This document shows, piece by piece, positions 15,001 through 27,179 of a DNA stretch of 64,000 nt (its first letter is position 1; each line of letters opens with the position of its first letter). A program made the position numbers and the translations under genes. The DNA comes from Octopus vulgaris (Eukaryota), in the NCBI GenBank assembly GCA_951406725.2, contig OX597816.1, positions 96,038,001 to 96,102,000 of the forward strand, in the 5' to 3' direction. Under the pieces are notes generated by a model, which saw nothing but the letters and a program-made list of their open reading frames with translations, did not search any database and was not told the DNA's origin.

Positions 15001-15951
15001 TCATCCATGCTGGTTTCCTTAATTTTCAGCTATTCAATCATGATTTGATTTTTTAGCTCATGTAGTTCTGTTGGGTCAATATTTATGTGACTTTCTTTAT
15101 CTATTTGATCTTCATCTGTCTTAGTGTTTATGATTGGTTCAGGGAGTATTTCACTTTGCCTATCACTTATACTAACTCTTTCAATCCTTACTTCGTTTTT
15201 ATCAGCCCTGGGCTGGTCTATAATTATTTCCTCTGTATTATCTTCTCTAGCTGCAGCTTCGTTCATTTTATCCGTTACTGCTTGTCTAATTTGATCAATC
15301 TCTACTTCAGTCAGTAATTTTTTTTTATAATGTTTCTTCTGACGTTGGCAAGTTTGTTACTGTCTATGTAGGGTCTTGCTTCAGGGTGTTTCTGTCTCCA
15401 GTTTAAGTATGTTTGTACAGTGCTCCATTTATCTGTGGGGAAATATATGGCATGGTAGAAGGCCGCAAGAACTTCTTTATTATCTTCCCAAGACCATTTT
15501 TCCTTCTTTTTCTTTTTATGTTTTGGTGACGAACATGGATGGCCATCTGTTGGAATATTCCGGTTGTGGGGTACGTCCAGCTCCTGTGTGTTGGGAAGAT
15601 TTGATCCAGTAGCTGAATTTTTCAATCAGAATTTGGTTCAATTTTTGGGTACGTGGTCTTTTGTAATCCGCGCGATGACCATTGCGGTTTGTAATTTGTT
15701 TTGTTGACATTGAAGAATGACGAGCTTCGACTCTTACATTAGGAGACGGATCTGTCAGTTTAGGGTTCTCTGCACGTAAACATTGCTCGTAGCGCAGCTT
15801 CTTAAGGCTAACAGATCTGTATTCGTCTGTAATTCTTTTGTTGATAGATTTATCTCCGAACATAGTTTTCTTTTTAAACTTATGAAAGGTTCACTCTGCC
15901 TGTATTAGTTCGAAAAGATGAGAATAAAATACGGAAGAAAAGGATCTGTCA

Positions 15952-15952
<1 letters not shown>
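12012..15952 (-). mobile_element. Near full-length R4/Dong-clade non-LTR retrotransposon in a (TAA)n microsatellite
   Basis: Single ORF architecture RT + CCHC + RLE; ~90-bp 5' UTR; 3' UTR 12012-12235 shared with the 44957 copy; (TAA)n on both flanks. Confidence 0.9.
12235..15863 (-). pseudogene. Disrupted Dong/R4 polyprotein (reverse transcriptase, zinc knuckle, restriction-like endonuclease)
   Basis: ORF pieces with KSPGKDKIPNFW, NYRPITCL, WIDYKKAFDS, GIFQGDSLSPLLF, HLIYMDDLKLF, YKYLG, CRVCQQQNETIDHVVSKC, RHD, PVVIGALG; several frameshifts and a stop at ~15030. Confidence 0.9.
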
Positions 15953-16009
<57 letters not shown>

Positions 16010-16158
16010 GATATCACTGATACTATGGCTTTTATATGCAGTAGCAGCAGAGGTTGCAGCGTCAGCAACAGTAGCGTGGGTGGGAGTAGTGGTAAGAGTG
16101 GTAGTTGGGCCTCAGATACCTGTGCTATCATAAAAGTAGTAGTTGTAGTGTTAATTTA

Positions 16159-16205
<47 letters not shown>

Positions 16206-16206
16206 T
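15953..16206. repeat. (TTA)n microsatellites
   Basis: Direct reading: arrays at 15953-16006 and 16160-16204. Confidence 0.95.
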
Positions 16207-16925
16207 GGGGTGGTGATCTGGCAGAATCGTTAGCATCCCCCCCCCCCAAATGGATCCCCTTGTGGCAAAATTTATTATTATATCATTTTTACTATTATTA
16301 TGAGAGAGCAGTGCATGCCATCAAAATGACACTGGGGAACAAATATACGAAACCCAGTATTACCCATCATGATTAGCCACATTTCGTTCATCTTTACGTT
16401 CTGAGTTCAAATTCCGCCGAGGTTGATTTGCCCTTCATCCTTTCAGTGCCAATAAAATAAGTACCATTTGAACGGGGATCGATGTGATCGACTTATCCCC
16501 TCCCCCCCCAAAAAAAAATGGATGCCCTTGTGGCAAAATTTGAAACCCTTATTATTATTATTTTTACTATTATTATGAGAGAGCAGTGAATGTCATCAAA
16601 ATGACACTGGGGTACAAATATACGAAGCCCAGTATTACCCATCATGATTAATCGTCTGATAAGGGTACACGAGGCGCATGCATCACCACCATATGTGCGC
16701 GACATGGTGATCTCATTTCATTATTACTATTGCCGAGGCGGCGAGCTCAGTGAATCGTTAGCACGCCGGGCAAAATACTTTGAGCTATTTCATGTCTGCG
16801 CGTTCTGAGTTTAAATTCCACCGAGTTTGCCTTTCATCCTTTCGGAGTTGATAAATTAAGTACGAGTGAAGCACTGGGGTCGATATAATCTACTTACTCC
16901 CTCCCCTGAAGCTGCTGGCCTTATT
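16205..16925 (+). mobile_element. Scrambled SINE A copies plus two reverse-oriented ends of the (AAT)n-tailed repeat found at 53630
   Basis: SINE head and core motifs; ~140-bp local duplication (16237-16375 vs 16501-16650) containing GAGAGAGCAGTGCATGCCATCAAAATGACACTGGGG. Confidence 0.7.
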
Positions 16926-17953
16926 GTTATTACTGTATTTATTTTACATTATATCGGCACAGTTCTATCCATCCCCCACATAATGTTATTGACAGTTGGT
17001 ATCATTAAACTGCAGCAGGCGTAATACAATAGCAGCTTTTATATGCATATTCAAAACGTTGCCCGTAAACGCACCAAAAGGATGTGTGACGGTTTCTGTG
17101 TCTATACGTATATATGCAGGAATTTGTATGTGGTGTGTATGTATACCTTTAGAACGTTGATATAAACGGATCGAAAAATATGTAAATAAATCTTTATTAA
17201 AGATATGTCCCGAAGCAATAAGCTATACCTAATAGCTTAAATACATTAAACCAATTTGGATAACGTTGTATGTTCATTTCTGTTATGGATATACTTTATT
17301 TAAAAGCACAACTAACATCGGAGAGAGGCAAAAATGGAACCTGAAGTGGCTTGTGAGAACGTCAGACATGCTACTTCCTCGTTGAGCACTGTTAATAGTG
17401 TGTACTCAAAGCCAACGGAACACTTTGGCAAAATTTGTCGACATCGATACACACGAAAATAATGAATAAACAGGGACTGGGGTTGTGAATACCTGCCCGG
17501 CAGAATAAATATATGATATATGTAATAGTAGCATCATTAGATTAAAATAATCATCTACATATCATACATAATTAAAATATATTGTGAAAGGCAAATTTGT
17601 TCTCAATACGTATGTATGTATGTATGTGTGTTGGTATATATAGATGTATCTATGTATCTCCCTCTCATTTTCTATATGCATGTCTGTGTGTATGTGTTTT
17701 TGTGTGTGTATATGTTTGTGTGTGTGTGAATATATATATATATATATATATCAGTTTTATAGAGACTATATTAACCTCATAAAGTGATGATTACATCCGA
17801 GAAAACTCTAGTTTTATACCAAATATATTTTTGGGAAATACGATTTCCCTAAATCAGTAGGTAAATATTATGCGTATAATCCGTATTCGCTTAATAGCAG
17901 AACACAAAATGGAAAGTTAAAAGTTAATTATTTTTTAATAGAATGGTACTTCA

Positions 17954-18044
17954 TTCTTCCTACAGCTGTTTCAATGAAATAAATTACAAATTTATGGTTT
18001 AAATTTGCATTTACTAGGTATAACACAATATCATCAGGGCAAAA
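17954..18044 (-). ncRNA. Degenerate type I hammerhead ribozyme motif with long stem II insert
   Basis: Reverse complement TTTTGCC-CTGATGA-(~60 nt)-GAAAC-AGCT-GTA-GGAAGAA; stem I mostly pairs, stem II decayed. Confidence 0.55.
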
Positions 18045-18204
18045 GATACACGGTAAAAGTTTACATGTTGACATCAAGGTTCATACTAGCACACTAAGTA
18101 TATGGAGTTATTTTATTTTTTATTTATGTGTGTGTGTGAGAGATAACGGATTGATTTTAATATAATAGGAAATCAAGTAAAATAAGTAATAAGATAGAAT
18201 AAAT

Positions 18205-18958
18205 TAATGGGAGGGCTGCAATCAGAAAATCACTACTTTCAAAAACAAGTGTTGCAAAGCGTTTAGAGTGGAGTAAAAACCTACAGAATTGGTCCCCAGA
18301 GCAGTCGAAGAATGTTATTTTCTCGGACGAGTCATTCTTTACCTTATTTCTGACCATAGGCCGAGTATACGTGTGGAGACAGGCAAAAGAAGTATTTGAC
18401 CCAGACTGCCTTCTTCCAACTGTTAAAAATCGTGGAGGATCTGTGATGATCTGGTGGGGGGGCTATATCTTGGAAATTCGCCGACGCAATGGTTTCCCTT
18501 CATGGCAGAATTAACAGTCAAGACTATTTAAGCATCTTATCTGATCAAATTCATCCTATGGTTGCGGAATTGTTCCCCGAGGGAAATTCAATTTCAAGAT
18601 GAGAGTGCATGAATTCACACAGCTTAAGTTGTTACTGAATAGCACAAGGAACATTCTAGTGAAGTTGAGCATCTTACCGGGCCAGCACAGTCCCCAGATC
18701 TCAATATTGTTGAAAATTTATGGTGCATTTTAGTAAAAAAAGGTAAGGAGTTGATACCTTCTACCATCATCAGTACAAGAACTGGAGACTGTTTTAGCTG
18801 AAGAACAGGAAAAATTCCTTTGGAAACAATTCAAAGTTTGTACGAGTCCATGCTTCATATAATTCAAGCTGTTATTACAGCCAAAGGCCGTCCTACCCCG
18901 TACTTAAATAAATTTGTTTGAAATTTTAAGGTGTTCCCATTATTTTGTTCAACCCCTG
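18205..18958 (+). mobile_element. Tc1-like (DD34E) transposon relic, 3' half
   Basis: VIFSDES, LPTVKNRGGSVMIW, QDES, QSPDLNIVENLW, ITAKGRPTPY*; right TIR-like TTTTGTTCAACCCCTG. Confidence 0.9.
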
Positions 18959-18989
18959 CATATAAATAAAAAGATATATAAATAAAAAG

Positions 18990-19231
18990 ATATATATATA
19001 TATATATACACACACACAAATGCGTTCTTACATGCACAGACTTACACGCTATTATTTAAAAATACGTAGTTATATATATTAAGCGAATATGGATTGTATA
19101 TATATATATATATGTGCATACATATATATACATATACATGTCTGTGTATATATCATATACATATATATTACATATATACATATATATATATGTGTATATA
19201 TATTATATATATTCGATATATATATATATAT

Positions 19232-19290
<59 letters not shown>

Positions 19291-19601
19291 TATATATATA
19301 TATATAACTACGTACATTCAAATATATATAAGTATAGATGCATATCTGTATTATATATATGAATATATATATGTGTATGTGTGCCTGTTTGTCTCTCTGA
19401 GTATGCGTGCACTTCTCTTTGCTACGTGTCTGTGTGTGTATCTGTGTATGCGTGTGCCTGTGCGCGTATGAATTAATAAAATGTTATATAGACTAACTGA
19501 ATTAGAAATAACTCGAGGCATATAGTTAAAATTTATTCTGGCTATACCAACCCACACGCGCACTTACACGCACACACACTCTCTTTCTCTTACATACACA
19601 A

Positions 19602-19655
<54 letters not shown>

Positions 19656-19722
19656 TTACATATGTATATATTCACATATATTCATAGATACATACATACA
19701 CACTCACACTCATACAATAATA

Positions 19723-19789
<67 letters not shown>

Positions 19790-19925
19790 TGTTGATGATG
19801 TAGGAAGTTGCAAACTGAACCAGAAGCTTCTACAGGCATATACATTGAAATATATGAATATTTGTTCGCTTCTGTATATATAAAAGCATACATTCATATA
19901 CACATATGTACAGAAATATACATAT

Positions 19926-20021
<96 letters not shown>

Positions 20022-20052
20022 ATATATATGTATGTATATATATATATGTATA

Positions 20053-20096
<44 letters not shown>

Positions 20097-20099
20097 TAC

Positions 20100-20142
<43 letters not shown>
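18990..20142. repeat. Compound microsatellite field: (AT)n, (CA)n, (AAT)n
   Basis: Direct reading. Confidence 0.95.
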
Positions 20143-20145
<3 letters not shown>

Positions 20146-20217
20146 CGGTGCTCCAGCATGGTCACAGTCAAATGAGTGAAACAAGTAAAAGAATAAGATA
20201 ATAGAATATATATATAT

Positions 20218-21222
20218 CCCTCACTAGCTATGCTGATGACACAAAGGTAGCACAGGCAATCAAAAACCCAGCTGATGCTGACCTTTTACAACAAGATCTG
20301 GATGCCATATACAAATGGGCTGAAGACAACAACATGCAATTTAATGCTGGTAAATTTCAAGCCTTACAATATCAAGCTGTAAACACATATACATTACAAC
20401 ACAACTATACTGGTCCAGGAGGGATCGAAATCCCAGTATCGAAATCAATACGGGACCTGGGGATAGACATGAGTGACGATGCATCTTTTTCTTCACACAT
20501 CGCGAAGGTGGCGACAATGTGCAGACGACTCACTGGCTGGATCCTGAGGACATTCCGGACAAGAGACTGCGAGACCATGTTGACACTATGGAGGACATTT
20601 GTCCTAAGCCGCCTGGACTACTGCTCCCAACTGTGGTCACCGCATAGTGTCAAACTAACCACAGAGCTTGAGACAATCCAAAGACATTTCACCAAGAGGA
20701 TTTCCACCATGAAAGAAAAGAACTATTGGGAGAGGCTTAGGGAACTCAATTTGTACTCCTTGGAACGAAGACGAGAGAGATATGCAGTGATATACATATG
20801 GAAAATCCTGGAGGGACTAGCACCAAATTTTGGAATTGAGAGCTGTTCCAATCCCCGTACAGGACGTCACTGTGTGGTGCCAAAGGTCCCGTCTTCCACA
20901 TCCAGGGTAAGGAGCAGATACTGTAATAGCCTGGGGTTCAGGGGCCCTCAGCTTTTCAACAAACTGCCAAGAAAACTAAGAGATCTACATGATGCGGATG
21001 TGGACATTTTCAAAAAACATCTAGACAAGCTGCTTTCCGGGATCCCAGATGAACCCACTGCAAGGTACGAAGGTAACCTAAGGGCAGCAGCTACAAACTC
21101 TCTCTTAGATCAGTGGCCAGCCACGGCAAACTGGACTTAGAGAGGGTAGCAACAAGGGCGGTGCCCCAGCATGGCCTCAGCCGGATGGCTGAAACAAGTA
21201 AAAGAGTAAAAGAGTAAAAGAG
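20218..21222 (+). mobile_element. 5'-truncated CR1-group LINE, RT C-terminus and 3' tail, embedded in (AT)n
   Basis: YADDTKV, LQQDLDAIYKWAEDNNMQFNAGKF, RDLGI, LDYCSQLWSP, YSLERRRERY; frame open from ~20220 to 21140; tail ends in (GTAAAAGA)3. Confidence 0.92.
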
Positions 21223-22104
21223 TATATATATATATCATTATACACACACATATATGTATATATGTCATTATTCAGTTTATTTCAATGTATCTTGCCAATA
21301 GAGAAAGAACCGTTTTCTAACCTAGGTCAAGGCTCCTCAATTGGAATTTCAACATGTATGTATGTATGTATGTATTTTAGATGGTGGTAGGATATACAAT
21401 ATTTCCAGAGAAGCAGTGAACCCGAACTCTTGGCTATCAGCACTGTCGGTTTCCAGACTAATGCCGGAATTCTTCAAGTGTAGAAAATTCTGGTTTCACG
21501 ACAGTCACACCGTAATGTGGATTCGGCGAAGAGTAAGTTATAACCCAAATAATAAAGGCAAAGAAATACTTCAACACATCGGTAATGATTCGTTGCAGCT
21601 GTCCCTGTAGCAACTCTACTTGCAGCGCCAGTTTACACAAAAATTCGATGTGAAAGTTTACGTAATATTTTCAGTTTTAGACATTATTACGCCCTGAGAA
21701 AATGCCAGACGTTATTACTGGCACTTTCACAGACTTGTATCAATGATGTGCTCTCAGCTTTTGTGACTTCCAGACATTGTTGTTTTGTTTTGTTTCAGGG
21801 TGAAACAAAAAGTAAATATAATTGTGGTAACTAACGTAGAAATCACGCGGTGTGGTGGGCGAGACAGATATAGAGGAGAAGGAGGAGGAGGAGGTGGTGG
21901 TGGGAGGAAGAAAAAGAAGAAGAAGAAGAAGAAGAAGAAGAAGAAGAAGAAGAAGAAGAAGAAACTAACATTAATAAATTAGGTGGCGCCACATATACCA
22001 AATCACTATATCTGAACTAAGGATTTTCATGATATATATAGACACTCACATACGCATGCGAGTGCTCACACACACACGCACACACACATATTATTCTAAA
22101 AGGT

Positions 22105-22260
22105 CTGCCTGTGTGGTAAGAAATTTGCTTTGCCACAATATGGTTCTGAGTTCAATCCCACTGCGTGGCACTTTGGGCAAGTGTTTTCTACCATAGCCCC
22201 CGAGCCGATCAAAGCCTTGTGAGTGGATTGGCAGGCGGAAAATGAAAAAGCCTCGTTGCA
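22105..22260 (+). mobile_element. SINE family B 5' half (tRNA-like head)
   Basis: TGTGTGGTAAG...GAGTTCAATCCCACTGCGTGGCAC; homologous to the 49597-49995 copy. Confidence 0.8.
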
Positions 22261-22644
22261 TACACACACACACACACGCATACACACACACATACACACA
22301 CACACACCCACCCACACACACACACACACACAAGAGCTCAGATGCTCTAACGCTGTAGTCAAAGCACATAATTGTATGGGATTGTAATCGTCCGAAAACA
22401 CCGATATTTTCGGACAATTACAGTCCCTGTCCGTATACATGTGCTTTGACTACTATATTAGAGTATTTTAGCTCTTACTTCTAGCAATGTAGGTGTTTCT
22501 AACACACTAGTCACATTTAGTGACAATTATAATTTTCCTTTTTGGTGAAACATTGTAAACTTCTGTCTATATTAATTTTCTGTATACACATTAGCAATTC
22601 GTAGAATTATCCATTGATTTCTATGATGGAAACATATATACTGA

Positions 22645-22885
22645 CATAGCTCTTCAATATCCTACCGAAGGACCTGAAAGACCTACATGGGATGGATGTA
22701 GGTGTTTTCAAAACGAAACTGGACACCTTACGCTCAAGTGTCCCAGATGAACCAACTTCACAACAGGAAGTGCAGACGAGGGCAGCGGCATCAAGCTCCC
22801 TCATGCATCAAATGTCAATTTCTAAAAAGAACTAGTGAAGTAAAATTATGTAGCAACACCAAATGTTGATGCTCCAGCATGGCCT
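22645..22885 (+). mobile_element. Short 3' fragment of the CR1-group LINE
   Basis: LFNILPKDL.DLHG..V.VFK..LD..L..VPDEP, homologous to 20950-21110; ends GCTCCAGCATGGCC. Confidence 0.8.
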
Positions 22886-22907
22886 AGATCAAATCAAATC
22901 ATATGTA

Positions 22908-22968
<61 letters not shown>

Positions 22969-23085
22969 AAAGGAATTCCAACCTTGTCTGATTTCCATGT
23001 TTTATTTTCAATCTTATAATGATATAATATAAGATAAAATAATAGAATAAAATAAAATAGTAGAATGTTAACTGTTCATTCTGAT

Positions 23086-23130
23086 TGAACTAGTACTTTC
23101 ATGCATTAAATTCTGCAATCTTCAGGTTCA
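23086..23130 (-). ncRNA. Minimal type I hammerhead ribozyme (left arm)
   Basis: Exact reverse complement of 23216-23260. Confidence 0.8.
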
Positions 23131-23215
23131 TGTAGTAGTGGTGACAGTCATGCTTCACAATTTTTGACTGAAAAATTGTCAAAAATTGTGAAGCATGACT
23201 GTCACCACTACTACA

Positions 23216-23260
23216 TGAACCTGAAGATTGCAGAATTTAATGCATGAAAGTACTAGTTCA
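23216..23260 (+). ncRNA. Minimal type I hammerhead ribozyme (right arm), PLE-type
   Basis: TGAAC-CTGAAGA-tTGCA gaatttaa TGCAt-GAAA-GTAC-TA-GTTCA: 5-bp stem I, intact core, 4-bp stem II, palindromic stem III loop, UA cleavage site. Confidence 0.8.
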
Positions 23261-23494
23261 ATCAGAATGAACATTTAACATTCTACTATTTTATTTTATT
23301 CTATTATTTTATCTTATATTATATCATTATAAGATTGTAAATAAAACATGAAAATCAGACAAGGTTGGAATTCCTTTTATTAATATATTCTTCTATACAC
23401 AATCACACACACCCGTATATATATATATATATATATATACATACATACACAAGCATTCATACGCACACATATTATACGTATATATATCTATCTG

Positions 23495-23695
23495 TGTGTC
23501 TTTGAGTTTGTGCTTGTCGCACGCTATAGATTGACAACCGGTGTTGGTCAGATTTCGTCTCTGAAACAAAACAATTCGGTAGAAAAAATACTAAACATTA
23601 AAAAAGAATTAGTACTGGGATCTATTTCTTAAAACCTTTCAAAGCAGTGCCCCAGCAAGGCTTCAGTCCAGTAACTGAAACAAGTAGACGATAAC
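23495..23695 (+). mobile_element. SINE family B 3' half (decayed)
   Basis: TTGACAACCGGTGTTGG...GCAGTGCCCCAGCAAGGCTTCAGTCCAGTAACTGAAACAAGTA. Confidence 0.7.
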
Positions 23696-25662
23696 ACATT
23701 AGAAATGAAAAGTAGAACAAATATAAGACAATGAAGTTCCGTTGACTGACACACATATTCTTGTTATAAATATATGTTTACAAACATGTGTGTGTATGGT
23801 GTATGTATAACAACGAAAACAACAAGTCTATAAGCACCTGTAATTCGAATAATTACACTCATAGTTCGAACAATCACATTCACAGAGACGCTCACTACCA
23901 TATATATGCACATCTATCAGCGTCCTAATTTCATATACAAACACAATTACTTAAAATGCACCTCACCTACACAAGGAAGAAAAGCAATTGCAGAAAACGG
24001 TTCACATTTATAGGACTACAGTAATATAGTGAGACACCCTGACAAACTAATCAATAAGCAATTACTTAACTAATTAATTGATTAACAAGAAAGAATGTGA
24101 ACAAGTGTGTGTGTCTTTTTTTAGTATCTCTTTTAAAGTACAATATACACACACAGAGACGCGAAAACACACATGCCCAAGTACATACACGCACACAGAT
24201 ATATATGCACGTATATGTGTATATATACATATGTGTGTACATTATACTATTATATGTGTGTGCTGAATATTTGTAAATACACACACCTATAACACATATG
24301 TGTGTGTATGTATATATAGATATACATAAGTATCTTCATATACACACATATATATGTACACACATACACACACTCACATATATCGTTATAAGTTTTGTGT
24401 TACCAGACATTACAATAAATAATAGATATAGAATTAACGAAGTATTACAAATATATAAAACTGTTGTGTTTAGAAACAGACGGAGTATTCAATCACCGCA
24501 CCTCTCTCTGTTGAACCAACAGCTTACTTCACAGTAATCTGCCGTTCATGGCTGCATATATGTTGTTGTTTTTTTCCTTTTCTTGTTTTGATTGTCAGTT
24601 TTGTTCAAATTATCTTTTTCTTTTTTTGTTATTGCTATTGTTGGCAAATGCGGTTTCTAAAGACGAACGTATCAACATTTTACAGGACTGAAAACAGATC
24701 ATAATATAAAAAGAGCATGAGGAAACATCGCTTTATATAGTAAAAAGTATAATAGCTATATAATACGCACGTATTGTGTTTTGATATTTTTATACTCACC
24801 ATTAGCGCATTTTTCTGTCTAATCTCAGTGACAGAACAATAGGCATTGGAAATAAAAGAAATATTGTATGAATCTTATTTGCTGCCCAAATGATCCGTCT
24901 TCCTTATTGTTAGATAAGGAAAAGCTGAGAAATTTCAGCTGTGGCTGCTGTTATTGTAAAGCTATTGTTTATAGCTGTTTTGTTCAAAACCCGTCCGTTG
25001 TTTGGTAGGTGTCATTGATGTTCAGTATTGCCATCGCAAACAGTACAAAGAAATGTTAAAATTTCATGGCTAGATTCATATTTCTAGGCTCAACAACCGG
25101 AAAATATTGACAGAAAATTGATATATTGTTGAAATCGTTAATACTTTAACCTGCATCAATACTACATATGTGATATTTAAGAACGTTTATGTAAATATTT
25201 GGTAGTGGTAAAAGAAGATAGCGAGCCGGAGAGAGCTAGGTTAGTGGGATACCGGAGTAAATGCAATACAATATTTTGAAGTTTACTAAGTTAAGTCTAA
25301 GTGTTCAAATCGATCAAGATCGACTTGCTAAACAGAGCAAGAGTGATCAACCGTTTGAGTACCAACAATATTCTTGTTTCGATTAAATAGAATAAATCAC
25401 GTTACCAGTGTTATTCAGTGATGTGAAAGCAAGAAATAGAAAGAAATCAACATCTGGTCTCAGATACTATTGCATATATTGGAAGTTTCTTGCTAGGAAG
25501 TTCTTATAAGCTTTGTATTGTTTATTTCTTTCTGTTCTTGTTTTAAACGAGAACAATGAAATATTTGATGTAGCCAACAACTCACTTTCACCAGACGCAG
25601 TGGAATAATGTCAATTATCAATTTCATCTCATATTTAATACCCGATGAAATTAATGAATATT

Positions 25663-26560
25663 TTATACGTGGGTTATACCGAATGTAATGTAAATGTGAG
25701 TAATAGCTTTTTATTAACTGCCATTGTTCCTTCATGTACTTGTTGCATGAGTAACTCTTCTTCGATACAGTAGCAACTCTTCCCGATTGAAGCAAATGAT
25801 GGGATTCATGCAGAAGCAATGTGCCATCATTGAGTTCTTGATAAAGGAGGTTACTGGCTACCCAGGAGGCACAAAACACTACAGTATGTTCATGGGGATG
25901 ACACCATTGACAAAAACAATGTTCACATAAAGATGAAGAGACGTAAAGAAGAAGAAACGGACAATAAAGAAAAACCACGCAGTAGGAGACCATCATCTTG
26001 CAGGGTATTCGAATCGATCTCTGAAACGAATTGTTAGCGAGTGGATGAAATGCTTCGAGCGGACAGACGAGGCACATTCCATGAGTTTATTGCACAAATA
26101 TATTGTTGTCACAATTCATTGCAGAAGATGGCGAAAGATTTTAGGTATCGGAAAACGTATGCAAAGGTATCACTTCAACAGTTGACATCTTATTTGAAGA
26201 GGAGAAGGGTAGAAATCTGCTCTGATTTGCTGGAAGCATTTGAAGCCAGTTAAATCGTCTGTTTTTCCGATCTGGTGATAGAGGATAAAACGTGAATGCC
26301 TCTTCATGATCTGGAAACCTAACCTGTCCAAGGAATCACGTCATACTTCTTCTCCGAGGCCTAAGGCGTTCAAGATCCAGCGATCAGCACAAGAAGTCGT
26401 GGTGGCTGTTTTTAGGATCACAAGGGTGTCATTCACCTTGAGGTTTTGGAAGATTGCTCTACTCTGAACAGCGAGAAAAATACCGAGTCACCAAACACTT
26501 AGAGAGACCACTGGAAACTATGATGAGTTATTCAACCAACATGTAATATGAACGACCTGT
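25663..26560 (+). mobile_element. Decayed mariner transposon
   Basis: Left TIR-like TACGTGGGTTATACCGAATGTAATG, QCAIIEFL, DKT*M..HDLET (DETW..YDPE-like), VF.DHKGV. Confidence 0.7.
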
Positions 26561-26612
26561 GTCAGTTAACAGTTAGGCCCATTTTTGCATCACTTTTCTT
26601 ACAATCCACGAA

Positions 26613-26799
<187 letters not shown>

Positions 26800-27179
26800 G
26801 ACATTGTTGGCGAAATATGCAGGTTTTTTCTATTTAGATGTCATCGATTTTCCAAAACTAAAAGCTTCATTTTGTTGTTTTGTCGAACGAAAATTGACAA
26901 TGGTTAATCCGTGTCAATTGTTACTGATTGGAATATCGAGGCATCAGGAAAAGGAGCATGCATTTTACATGTTACGTCAATTGATTAAAAATTATATGGT
27001 AATAAGTAGTGGTATATATTTGTGTGATGTTACCACCCCACTTCCTGTGGTATTTATACCACTTTTGTGTGGTTTTACGAATCTCATTATTTGAGAATAC
27101 GGTATTATGAATATTTAACTACCCAATTATTCCTATTATTTAAAATTTCTTTTGCTAAATAAATATATTCCAATGTTTT

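Larger units (their letters stand above)
22964..23382. repeat. Long fold-back inverted repeat: ~205-bp arms, 9-nt loop
   Basis: 22964-23168 is the reverse complement of 23178-23382; inner 96 bp identical, about 4 differences in the outer part. Confidence 0.97.

Noticed and set aside
19079-20201. Overlapping YI/HT/VC/poly-N ORFs here and at 26548, 29389, 44794, 53849, 56450-57895 and 59004
   Set aside because: Translations of stop-free microsatellites, not genes
21303-21345. Minus-strand TTGAGGA-GCCT..AGGT-TA-GAAAACGGTT motif
   Set aside because: Core mutated and no stem I complementarity
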